24,342 nucleotides of DNA from Armatimonadota bacterium. GTDB lineage: Bacteria > Armatimonadota > Hebobacteria > CAIYQO01. Of this stretch, positions 1-8,082 are shown in pieces. Numbering within the stretch: position 1 is the first letter of the stretch; each line of letters starts with the position of its first letter. The translations under genes and the position numbers were made by a program. Under the pieces are notes generated by a model. That model was given only the letters and a program-made list of their open reading frames with translations. It ran no database searches and was not told the origin of the DNA. Where the stretch lies: assembly GCA_038248345.1 (NCBI GenBank), contig JBBRXO010000033.1, positions 1 through 24,342 on the forward strand, given 5' to 3'.

Positions 1-8
1 CCGTATCG

Positions 9-32
9 AGGGCACATGCCACGTGCCCCTAC
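9..32 (-). repeat. GTAG-type REP-like palindrome (single copy in window)
   Basis: Minus strand reads GTAG-GGGCACGT-GGC-ATGTGCCC-T: a GTAG tetranucleotide followed by an 8-bp stem (one G.T pair) with a 3-nt loop, located downstream of a terminator. Confidence 0.5.
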
Positions 33-60
33 AAAACCTCTGCAAGTAGTTCAGAATGCC

Positions 61-100
61 AAAAAAAAGCCGCTCCGAGAAGATATCTCGGAGCGGCTTT
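61..100 (-). terminator. Rho-independent terminator of the cyclophilin gene
   Basis: Perfect 15-bp inverted repeat aaagccgctccgaga (66-80) / tctcggagcggcttt (86-100) with a 5-nt loop. The A8 run at 61-68 gives a U-tract on the minus strand, just past the stop codon at 112-114. Confidence 0.9.
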
Positions 101-111
101 ACTACTGGTGA

Positions 112-1344
112 CTATGGTACGGGCATTGGCGCAGGCTGGGCTTCCCCACCTGGATCCATGCCGGGATCACCCGGTTCGCCCATTCCAGGCCCACCGGCCG
201 GGGGCGGCACGGGGGGGAGGGGATTGATGGGGATGGCTTCTTTGCCATCGTACGGCGCCACGGTGACGGTCTTCATCTTGTCGCCTTTTTTTACTTCCTT
301 CACTATGTCCAGGCCATTCTTCACCCAACCGAAAACGGCATACTGGTTGTCGAGTTCCGGCACATCAGAGAAGGTGATGTAGAATTGGCTGCCGGCCGAG
401 TTCGGATCCTGTGAGCGTGCCATGGAGATTGCGCCGGCGCGGTGGCCCAGCTCTGGAGAAAGCTCCAGGTTGATGCTGTACCCCGGACCGCCGGAGCCAT
501 CGCCCTTCGGGTCTCCGCCTTGGATGAGCTGGAAGCCCGCGGCATCTTCCACTCGATGGAAGGTGAGGCCGTTATAGAATTTCTGGTTGATGAGATTGAT
601 GAAGTTGGCGACGGTGCGCGGTACTAAAGCGCCTTCCAACACCAGTTCGATAATTTTGCCGTTTTCCATGGTGATGGTGGCCAGGTAGCGTCCCTGTGCC
701 TTCACGGCGTTCACTTCGCTCAATTTCGGCCCAGACTTCAATGTGGGTTTCACAGGGGTGAGAATCGGGCAGGCTTCTTTGCCTTTGTAATTCTCAACCG
801 TGACACTCTGCATGACGCTATCTTTTTTAATGGCGTCAACAGTTTCCATGCCGCTCTTCACCCAGCCAAAGACAGAGAAGATGCCATCTAGCTGCATCAT
901 ATTGGTGCGCATGATGACAAACTGGCTGCTGCCGCTGTCGCTCTCCTGCTTGTGATACATTAACAGGGCACCCGTCTTCATGCTCAAATAGGGGCTTACT
1001 TCCAGATTGAGCAAATAGCCAGCGTTGCCGCTGCCGTCGCCGCTCGGGTCGCCGCCCTGTACAAGCTTCACATTGGGTTCGTCAATGACTTCATTAAAGG
1101 TCAGTCCGTCGTAGAAGTTCTCTTTGGCCAGATTGACAAAGTTCGCTACGGTGTAGGGAACCATGCCACCTTCGAGCACTAACTCAATTGGCTTCGTTTT
1201 GGCATCAGCCATAGTGATGGTAACAAGGTAGCGCCCCTGCTTTTGCACAGCCTTTACCTGGTCAGCCGTCGGCGGTGCGGCGGCACAGAAGGCGAAGACC
1301 GGTGCCAGCACCAGCGCCGCCAAGAAAAGTGAACGTAATTTCAT
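112..1344 (-). CDS. Secreted tandem cyclophilin-type peptidyl-prolyl cis-trans isomerase with Pro/Gly-rich tail
   Basis: N-terminal signal peptide (MKLRSLFLAALVLAPVFA). Two cyclophilin domains: PxTVANFxNL...FYxGLTF(HR/NE)V...QGGDPxGDGSG...GA(I/L)xM...SQF...VFGxVxxG. SD-like AAGGAAGGA upstream. Confidence 0.93.
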   Translation of the reverse strand: MKLRSLFLAALVLAPVFAFCAAAPPTADQVKAVQKQGRYLVTITMADAKTKPIELVLEGGMVPYTVANFVNLAKENFYDGLTFNEVIDEPNVKLVQGGDPSGDGSGNAGYLLNLEVSPYLSMKTGALLMYHKQESDSGSSQFVIMRTNMMQLDGIFSVFGWVKSGMETVDAIKKDSVMQSVTVENYKGKEACPILTPVKPTLKSGPKLSEVNAVKAQGRYLATITMENGKIIELVLEGALVPRTVANFINLINQKFYNGLTFHRVEDAAGFQLIQGGDPKGDGSGGPGYSINLELSPELGHRAGAISMARSQDPNSAGSQFYITFSDVPELDNQYAVFGWVKNGLDIVKEVKKGDKMKTVTVAPYDGKEAIPINPLPPVPPPAGGPGMGEPGDPGMDPGGEAQPAPMPVP

Positions 1345-1511
1345 CGTTGTATGTCCTTCCTTATGTCAGATTTTACCCGTCCTATTCGGGTTGTGCATAG
1401 ATTATCGAAAGTATACCCGCCACACGCAATGGTGTCTAGCGGATTTAGCAAACAAACAACAATTTTTTCTCGATGAGGTAAGAACGATTAGCTCATTGAT
1501 TCCTACGGAAA

Positions 1512-1611
1512 TAGTTCCAAGTTCCAAGGCCTATGCCATAGATACGCTATCAGATTATCAATACCGATTCTTTTGAATGTTTTATAACCCGAAACTTGGA
1601 ACTTGGAACTA
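1512..1611. repeat. 17-bp perfect inverted repeat built from tandem heptamers (MITE-like/palindromic element)
   Basis: tagttccaagttccaag (1512-1528) and cttggaacttggaacta (1595-1611) with a 66-bp AT-rich spacer. Confidence 0.8.
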
Positions 1612-1665
1612 ATCTATGGTATGTTATAGGCAATCAATTTCGATCAGTTTTTAAGGAGTTGCACG

Positions 1666-4377
1666 GTGAGTACACAGGAGCTTTCGACTAGCTATGAGCC
1701 ACGTGAGGTGGAGGAGAAATGGGCGGCGGCGTGGGCCGCGGGTGGGTATTTCCATGCCAAGGTGACGCCAGGGAAACCGGCGTACTGCATCACTATCCCC
1801 CCGCCGAACGTCACCGGTGAGTTGCATCTGGGGCACGCGCTGCAGCACGCTATCCACGACGCCATTATCCGCTACCACCGTATGCTGGGCAAGGAGACGC
1901 TCTGCGTCCCCGGCACTGACCATGCGGGCATTGCCACGCAGATGAAAGTGGAGCAGCAACTGGCGACCGAGGGGCTGACCAAATACGACCTGGGGCGCGA
2001 GAAGTTCCTTGAGCGCATGTGGGATTGGAAAGAGCATTACGGCGGTACCATCCTCGGGCAGCTGCGTCGTTTCGGGGCCTCCTATGACTGGGACCGCGAG
2101 CGTTTTACCCTGGATGCTGGCTACACCAAGGCGGTGCGCCACTCCTTCGCGCATCTGTACAATAAGGGTTTGATCTACCGCGGCACGCGCATCATCAACT
2201 GGTGCCCCGGCTGTGAGACGGCGATCAGCGACCTGGAAGTAGAGCACGAGGAGCGTGCCAGCCACCTGTGGCATCTGCGCTACCCTCTTGCCGAGGGCGA
2301 GGGTAGCCTCGTCGTCGCCACCACGCGCCCGGAGACGATGCTGGGTGATACCGCCGTGGCTGTTAACCCCGCAGACCCACGCTATACCGAGCTAGTGGGC
2401 AAGTTCATCCGCCTGCCGTTGCTGGGTCGTCTCATCCCCATCGTCGCCGACGATTTTGTCGATCCCGCCTTCGGCACTGGCGCGGTGAAGGTGACGCCGG
2501 CGCATGACCCCAATGATGCCGAAATTGGCCGCCGCCACAACCTCGATTCCCCCATAGTAATCGGCAAAAATGGCGCCATGACAGAGTTAGCCGGGGACTT
2601 CGCCGGGCTGGATCGCGACGAAGCCCGCGTGGCCGTGTTGCGTGCAATGGAAGAGCTGGGACTACTGGTGAAGATAGACGACCACACGCATAACGTCGGC
2701 TCCTGCGCCCGTTGCACCAGTATCATCGAGCCGTTGCTCTCCGAGCAATGGTTTGTGAATATGCAGCCGCTGGCCGCGCACGTGCTGTCCGCTATCCGCG
2801 AAGGCAAGGTAACCTACCAGCCGGAGCGATTTGCCCGCACCAGCGAGGAGTGGCTAGAAAATATCCGTGACTGGTGCATTTCGCGCCAGCTCTGGTGGGG
2901 GCACCGCATACCGGTCTACACCTGTGTCACCTGCAACCACGAGTTCAGCACTCCCGAAGAGCCGACCGCCTGCCCGAAGTGCGCCAGCACCGAGTTGACG
3001 CAGGACGAGAACGTGCTGGATACCTGGTTCTCCTCGGCACTGTGGCCATTTGCCGTACTAGGATGGCCGGAGAAGACGCCGGAGCTGGAATACTTCTACC
3101 CTACCGACCTGATGATCACCGGGCGCGATATCCTCAATCTGTGGGTGGGCCGCATGATCTTCAGCAGTATGGAATACCTGCCGGAAAAACCGGTACAGGG
3201 GATACCCTTCCGCCGCGTCTATGTACACCCGACGGTGCAGAACTACGAGGGCAAACGCATGAGCAAATCCCTCGGCACCGGCGTGGACCCGCTGGAGCTG
3301 ATGGACAAATACGGCACCGACGCCACCCGCTATGGCCTGTGCGGCATGGCCACCGCCACGCAGGATGTGCGCCTGCAGGAGGCACATGAGCCGGGCTGGA
3401 GCAAAGATACCCCGGCAATAGGCCGCACCTTCCCCACCTTCGTCCAAGGGCGCAACTTTGCCAATAAAATCTGGAACGCCAGCCGCTTCGCGTTGATGAA
3501 CCTGAAGGAGGACACGGTGGCGGAAGCACGACCAGCGTCGCTGGCCGACCGCTGGATCCTCTCGCGCTACCAGTTCGCCGCCGCCGCCGTCACCGAGGCG
3601 TTGGAAAACTACCGCCTCGACCAGGCCACCGGCGCACTGTATGACTTCTTCTGGAACGAGCTCTGCGACTGGTATCTGGAGATGGCCAAGCCCGCGCTGC
3701 GCGCAGATGACGCCGCCGCCGATGCCGCCCGTAGCACGCTAGCCTATGTGCTGGAGAACACGCTGCGCCTGCTGCACCCCTTCATGCCCTTCATCACCGA
3801 GGAGATCTGGCAGCAGCTCCCCCACGCCGCCGGGGCGCAGGAGAGCCTGATGATTACCGCCTGGCCGGTAGACGCCCCCGAGTTGCGCAATGCGGAGGCG
3901 GAGACGCAAGTGGCCTACCTGATGGAGGCGATAATCGCCGTGCGCAAACTGCGCGCCGACCAGGGCGTCACCCCGGGGCAGAAGGTGGACATCAGCATCC
4001 ACGCCGCCAACCACGAGGCACGCGCGATCCTGGAGGAGAACGCCGCGGTACTGCTGACCATGGTGCGCGGCGAGCAACTGCTCTTCACCCCCGAGGCCGA
4101 CAACGCCGGCGAGCATATCTTCTGGCAGGAGACCCCGGTGACGCTGGCCATCAGCCGCGAGGCAACCCCCGAGGAGAAGGCGAAAGAGCTGGAGAAAATT
4201 ACCCGCGACCTGGCCAAGCTGACGAGTGACATCGACAAAACCACCGCCCGCCTGAACACCCCCAGCTTCGTCGAGCGCGCCCCCGCCGAAGTAGTAACCA
4301 AAAACCGCGCCGACATCGCCGAGTGGGAGCACCGCAGAGAGGCGCTGCTGGCACGACAGGTGGCGCTGGGGGAATAA
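1666..4377 (+). CDS. valS: Valine--tRNA ligase
   Basis: IPPPNVTGELHLGH (HIGH motif), PGTDHAGIATQ, VATTRPETMLGDTAVAV, DWCISRQLWWGHRIP, VLDTWFSSALWPF, RMSKS (KMSKS motif), C-terminal coiled coil FVERAPAEVV. GTG start with AAGGAG SD. Confidence 0.99.
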   Translation: MSTQELSTSYEPREVEEKWAAAWAAGGYFHAKVTPGKPAYCITIPPPNVTGELHLGHALQHAIHDAIIRYHRMLGKETLCVPGTDHAGIATQMKVEQQLATEGLTKYDLGREKFLERMWDWKEHYGGTILGQLRRFGASYDWDRERFTLDAGYTKAVRHSFAHLYNKGLIYRGTRIINWCPGCETAISDLEVEHEERASHLWHLRYPLAEGEGSLVVATTRPETMLGDTAVAVNPADPRYTELVGKFIRLPLLGRLIPIVADDFVDPAFGTGAVKVTPAHDPNDAEIGRRHNLDSPIVIGKNGAMTELAGDFAGLDRDEARVAVLRAMEELGLLVKIDDHTHNVGSCARCTSIIEPLLSEQWFVNMQPLAAHVLSAIREGKVTYQPERFARTSEEWLENIRDWCISRQLWWGHRIPVYTCVTCNHEFSTPEEPTACPKCASTELTQDENVLDTWFSSALWPFAVLGWPEKTPELEYFYPTDLMITGRDILNLWVGRMIFSSMEYLPEKPVQGIPFRRVYVHPTVQNYEGKRMSKSLGTGVDPLELMDKYGTDATRYGLCGMATATQDVRLQEAHEPGWSKDTPAIGRTFPTFVQGRNFANKIWNASRFALMNLKEDTVAEARPASLADRWILSRYQFAAAAVTEALENYRLDQATGALYDFFWNELCDWYLEMAKPALRADDAAADAARSTLAYVLENTLRLLHPFMPFITEEIWQQLPHAAGAQESLMITAWPVDAPELRNAEAETQVAYLMEAIIAVRKLRADQGVTPGQKVDISIHAANHEARAILEENAAVLLTMVRGEQLLFTPEADNAGEHIFWQETPVTLAISREATPEEKAKELEKITRDLAKLTSDIDKTTARLNTPSFVERAPAEVVTKNRADIAEWEHRREALLARQVALGE

Positions 4378-4394
4378 GCTGGGAACCACTATCG

Positions 4395-4962
4395 CCACCC
4401 CCTGAAGGAGGTGGCTAACAACGGCAAGCACGCTAAAGCGCGCTCTGGGATCTGACTGAAAACAATAAAATTTACTGATGGGTATATTTTGATGTCAAAT
4501 CATTCATATCACGATATTAATTTGTATATTACCTGGCATATTTTTCATGAATTGCCTATGACTCCTGAAGTGGAAGAAACGGTACACAATGCGATAGTTG
4601 AAAAATGTCGCATGACAGAAGGCGTCTTTCTTCATGAAGTTGGAGGAACGGAGACGCATGTACATATAGCTGTCAGTATTGACTCGAAAGTACTCATCAG
4701 CAATCTAATTGGGGAAATTAAAGGTTCAGTTTCACACGAAGTGAACTCTACATTTATGACTCATCCAGTAAACTGGAAACGTGGATACGGTGTAGTAAGC
4801 TTTGGGAAACAGGATCTAATATTTGTACTTGCCTATATAAAAAATCAGAAAATCCATCACCAACGTGGTACAATATCACTAAAGCTTGAACAGACGGAAG
4901 ATGATTAGCAATAGCGCGCTTCAGCGTGCTTGCCGTTGTTAGCCACCTCCTTCAGGGGGTGG
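4395..4962. mobile_element. IS200/IS605-related (REPtron-like) element: tnpA between 50-bp inverted repeats
   Basis: 4395-4444 and 4913-4962 are reverse complements at 49/50 positions, and each arm holds two hairpins. The interior is AT-rich relative to valS and yhaM and encodes a Y1 HUH transposase. Confidence 0.8.
4489..4908 (+). CDS. tnpA: IS200/IS605-family Y1 HUH transposase (TnpA-like)
   Basis: 139 aa. HUH motif ETHVHIAV, LIGEIKGSVS, WKRGYGVVSFG and catalytic-tyrosine motif AYIKNQKIHH. The start may be ATG at 4492. Confidence 0.92.
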   Translation: MMSNHSYHDINLYITWHIFHELPMTPEVEETVHNAIVEKCRMTEGVFLHEVGGTETHVHIAVSIDSKVLISNLIGEIKGSVSHEVNSTFMTHPVNWKRGYGVVSFGKQDLIFVLAYIKNQKIHHQRGTISLKLEQTEDD

Positions 4963-4994
4963 ATAATAGCGTAAACAAATAAAAGGAGACCACC

Positions 4995-5930
4995 ATGCCC
5001 AAGCAGATGCTTGCCGAGATAACTGATGGGGCCATCGTGCATACGCTGGCTTTTTTGAAACAGAAGAAGCTGATCCCTTATAAGGGGAAGCCGGGGGCGT
5101 TTCTGGCGTTGTCGCTGGCGGATCGCACCGGGATATTGGAGGCGAAGGTCTTTGATGGGGCGGAGGAGGTCGCTGGTGGACTGAATGAGGGCGATATCGT
5201 CAACGTGAGTGGGCGCGCCTCGGTTTACCAGGGGACGCTGGGGATCATCCTCGATAATATCACCGTGTGGGGCGGTGAGGTGGATAAGGCCGACTTCATG
5301 CGCGCCTACCCCGGTGATGTGAATGAGCTGATCGCCAGCTTCGAGAAGTTACTCGCCTCGGTCACTGACCCCGATCTGGCGGCGATCCTGGGGGGGATCT
5401 TCGCCGACAAAGACACCCTTGCCAAATATTTCGACGCCCCCGCCGCCATGCGCGTACACGGGGCCTACATCCACGGCCTGCTGGAGCACGTGGTGCGCCA
5501 GGCGGAGCTGGCAGAGACCGCCTGCCGCCTCTACCCGCTGGCCAACCGCGACCTCGTCATCGCCGGGGTGCTGCTGCACGACATCGGCAAACTCTGGGAG
5601 TTCGCCTGGGATTTGAGCGTCACCTACACCACGCCGGGTAAACTCCTCGGCCACGCCGTCATCGCCGACCGCCTCATTTGCGAAACCGGGCGCGAGCTGG
5701 GCGTGAACGAAGAGAAAGCGCTGCAACTGCGCCACCTGATCCTAAGCCACCACGGCACGCACGACTTCGGCGCGGTAGTCCTCCCGCAAATGCTCGAAGC
5801 CGTCATATTGCACAGCGTCGACAACCTGGAAGCCAAAGCCAACCGCTGTCAGGAACTGCTGGCCAACGGCACCGGCGAATGGACGGAATTCGATAATATC
5901 GAGAAGCATCAATGGTATCGGGGGGTGTAG
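4995..5930 (+). CDS. yhaM: YhaM/Cbf1-family 3'-5' exoribonuclease (OB fold + HD domain)
   Basis: N-terminal OB fold (LSLADRTGILEAKVF), then PAAMRVHGAYIHGLLEH, LLHDIGK, GKLLGH, HLILSHHG, EAVILHSVDNLEAK. AAGGAG SD. Confidence 0.9.
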   Translation: MPKQMLAEITDGAIVHTLAFLKQKKLIPYKGKPGAFLALSLADRTGILEAKVFDGAEEVAGGLNEGDIVNVSGRASVYQGTLGIILDNITVWGGEVDKADFMRAYPGDVNELIASFEKLLASVTDPDLAAILGGIFADKDTLAKYFDAPAAMRVHGAYIHGLLEHVVRQAELAETACRLYPLANRDLVIAGVLLHDIGKLWEFAWDLSVTYTTPGKLLGHAVIADRLICETGRELGVNEEKALQLRHLILSHHGTHDFGAVVLPQMLEAVILHSVDNLEAKANRCQELLANGTGEWTEFDNIEKHQWYRGV

Positions 5931-5967
5931 GTTTTTAGGTCTGTAGGTCTGTAGGTCTGTAGGTCTG
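5927..5967 (+). repeat. Tandem octamer repeat (GTAGGTCT)n
   Basis: gtaggttt-ttaggtct-gtaggtct-gtaggtct-gtaggtct-g: three perfect and two degenerate units. The first unit contains the yhaM stop codon. Confidence 0.9.
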
Positions 5968-6146
5968 GAAAACTGTTGGCTTTCTGTTTGTACATTTTTC
6001 ACGATGATACAAAAACATCACAATCAGTAAAAAGGATATTGTCCCTGTTGTCACGAATTAGATATATGGACAGGCGCTCCCTCCTGCGTGGTGGGTTGAG
6101 GTGCGTCAGGGGTGAGGGCCGTAGGCCGCCTCGGGGGTGAATAAAA

Positions 6147-7961
6147 TTGGCTGATTCCCAAATGCAAAATCATGCTCCAGCGTTGGAAAAAATCCTAGAG
6201 CGTAGTCGCCTGAACAATGGCATGGTGACCTATGACGAGATTAATGAGATCCTCGCGGGGGAGGATGTGGACGAACATGCTGCGGAAGATATTCTGGAGC
6301 TTGTTACGGCTGAAGGTATACAGGTTGTTGAGAAGATACCCGATTTAGTAGAACAACCGCGCCCGGTCACCGCCCCTACCGGGCAGTTGGAATTGCCGGA
6401 TGAAGAGGTCCCCTCTACTGAAGGTATCCCACCGGACGACTCGGTACGTATGTATCTGCGCGAGATCGGGCGCGTGCCGTTGCTCTCCCCTAAAGAAGAG
6501 ATTGAGTTCGCCAAATCGCTGGAGAAGTCCAATCTGCTGCTGAAATTGCAGCATGTTTGGAACTACTGCACTGACGCACTGCATTTCGAGCCTTCGGTCG
6601 GTTCCATTGAGACGGCAGTTGAGCGGGCGGGCGATCATATTTTGCATGAGACGATGGATATCCTTGATGACTCCATCAAGCGTCTGGTGCCGGAGACCTC
6701 TATTAAGAATAAACAGCTGGAGGAGATGCACGATTATTTCGTCAACTACCTCACCCAGCGGGTGAAAGATATCCGCACACGCCGCGAGACGTTGACACGC
6801 GACATGCTGAATGTTGATCAACTGGCAAAAACGAAGAAAGAATACGAAGCGCGGGAGAAACTATTCCAGACGCTACTTGATAGCCTAAGCATAGAGAAAA
6901 CCTGCGAATACCTCTTCCTGCGACGCGTATGGGAGGAATTTCGCTCGGAAAGTCGTGGCGAAGAAGAGGAGCTACCGGAAGAAGAAGCTTCGCAGTTGCG
7001 CTCACGTTATGATGCTATCACCATTCTGGAAAAGAGCGAAGCCGAGATAATCTCGGCTCTCCGTGTGGGAAAAGTCTATCATAAGAAACGCGAAGAAGGC
7101 ATCCGCCCGGTACCCGCTGCTCTGGTGCAGGCGGAGGCGGGTGTGGACGCTGACGAAGCGGCGATTTTGACGATTATCCAGTGGACGCAACGCACCATGA
7201 CACGCGGCGAGAGCGCCAAAAAGCGCCTCACCGAAGCGAACCTCCGCCTGGTGGTGAGTATTGCCAAGAAATACAGCGGACGCGGCATGTCCTTCCTCGA
7301 CCTGATTCAAGAAGGTAACATCGGCCTTATCCGTGCAGTAGAGAAGTTCGACTATCGGAAGAAATTCAAATTCAGCACCTATGCTACCTGGTGGATTCGC
7401 CAGGCGATCACTCGTGCCATCGCCGATCAGGGACGAACCATCCGTATCCCGGTACACATGGTAGAGACGATTAACAAGCTCATCAAAGTATCACGCCAAC
7501 TGGTGCAGGATCTGGGCCGCGAGCCAATACTGGAAGAGATTGCCGAAGAGATGGATGGCCCCTTCGCCAATGCGGATGAAAAGGCGAAATCCGTACATCG
7601 CATGGGAGAAATCTTCAAGATCGCCCCCGAACCGCTCTCGCTGGAGACACCGATTGGCGAAGAGGACAACAGCCACCTGGGCGACTTCATCGAGGATCAG
7701 GACGCCGTCTCCCCCGCAGACGCCGCCACCATTCTGGTGCTGCGCGAGCAACTGGAGGCGGTACTCAACACTCTCACAGCTCGCGAGCGAGACGTGCTCA
7801 AGCTGCGCTTCGGCTTGGATGACGGCTACGCCCGTACATTGGAGGAAGTCGGCCATATCTTCGAGGTAACGCGCGAGCGCATCCGCCAGATCGAAGCCAA
7901 AGCGCTGAAGAAACTGCGCGCCAACAAAAAACGGCAGTTACTGCGCGATTTTATCGATTAA
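6147..7961 (+). CDS. rpoD: Primary RNA polymerase sigma factor (group 1 sigma70)
   Basis: Region 1.1 ([10 protein letters not shown]), 1.2 ([17 protein letters not shown]), 2 ([14 protein letters not shown]...[21 protein letters not shown]), 3 (SLETPIGEE), 4 ([25 protein letters not shown]). TTG start preceded by GGGGTG; ATG at 6162 is an alternative. Confidence 0.98.
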   Translation: MADSQMQNHAPALEKILERSRLNNGMVTYDEINEILAGEDVDEHAAEDILELVTAEGIQVVEKIPDLVEQPRPVTAPTGQLELPDEEVPSTEGIPPDDSVRMYLREIGRVPLLSPKEEIEFAKSLEKSNLLLKLQHVWNYCTDALHFEPSVGSIETAVERAGDHILHETMDILDDSIKRLVPETSIKNKQLEEMHDYFVNYLTQRVKDIRTRRETLTRDMLNVDQLAKTKKEYEAREKLFQTLLDSLSIEKTCEYLFLRRVWEEFRSESRGEEEELPEEEASQLRSRYDAITILEKSEAEIISALRVGKVYHKKREEGIRPVPAALVQAEAGVDADEAAILTIIQWTQRTMTRGESAKKRLTEANLRLVVSIAKKYSGRGMSFLDLIQEGNIGLIRAVEKFDYRKKFKFSTYATWWIRQAITRAIADQGRTIRIPVHMVETINKLIKVSRQLVQDLGREPILEEIAEEMDGPFANADEKAKSVHRMGEIFKIAPEPLSLETPIGEEDNSHLGDFIEDQDAVSPADAATILVLREQLEAVLNTLTARERDVLKLRFGLDDGYARTLEEVGHIFEVTRERIRQIEAKALKKLRANKKRQLLRDFID

Positions 7962-7962
7962 A

Positions 7963-8082
7963 AGGAACCTCGGGGAAAGAAAATGTTCATCAGAAATTAT
8001 CAAACCCGGCGCAGAGAAGTTGACGACATTATTACAAGATTTTGACCTCGGGGAGGCGCACTTTAGAGAGTTGTTGGGATGA
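7963..8082 (+). pseudogene. Putative C-terminal remnant of an AAA/ABC-type ATPase gene
   Basis: Open frame ...SEIIKPGAEKLTTLLQDFDLGEAHFRELLG* ends in TGA 8080-8082, overlapping the next ATG (ATGA). It resembles the 'LGExx...LG*' C-termini of AAA_21-type ATPases that precede DUF4276-like genes. Recognised by eye only. Confidence 0.45.

Noticed and set aside
1391..1576. 61-aa ORF in the divergent intergenic region
   Set aside because: TTG start without SD, no recognisable motif, and it runs through the repeat element.
1345..1665. T-box riboswitch upstream of valS
   Set aside because: No T-box consensus (GGTGGnACCGCG) and no terminator/antiterminator before the start codon.
4395..4962. CRISPR array or simple terminators as an explanation of the repeats
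   Set aside because: Only two copies, inverted rather than direct, no spacers or cas genes, and 49/50 identity around a transposase is not expected of independent terminators.
6528..7205. Intein in RpoD
   Set aside because: No N-terminal C/S block with a matching C-terminal HN-C/S/T and no LAGLIDADG motifs. The position coincides with the known non-conserved region.
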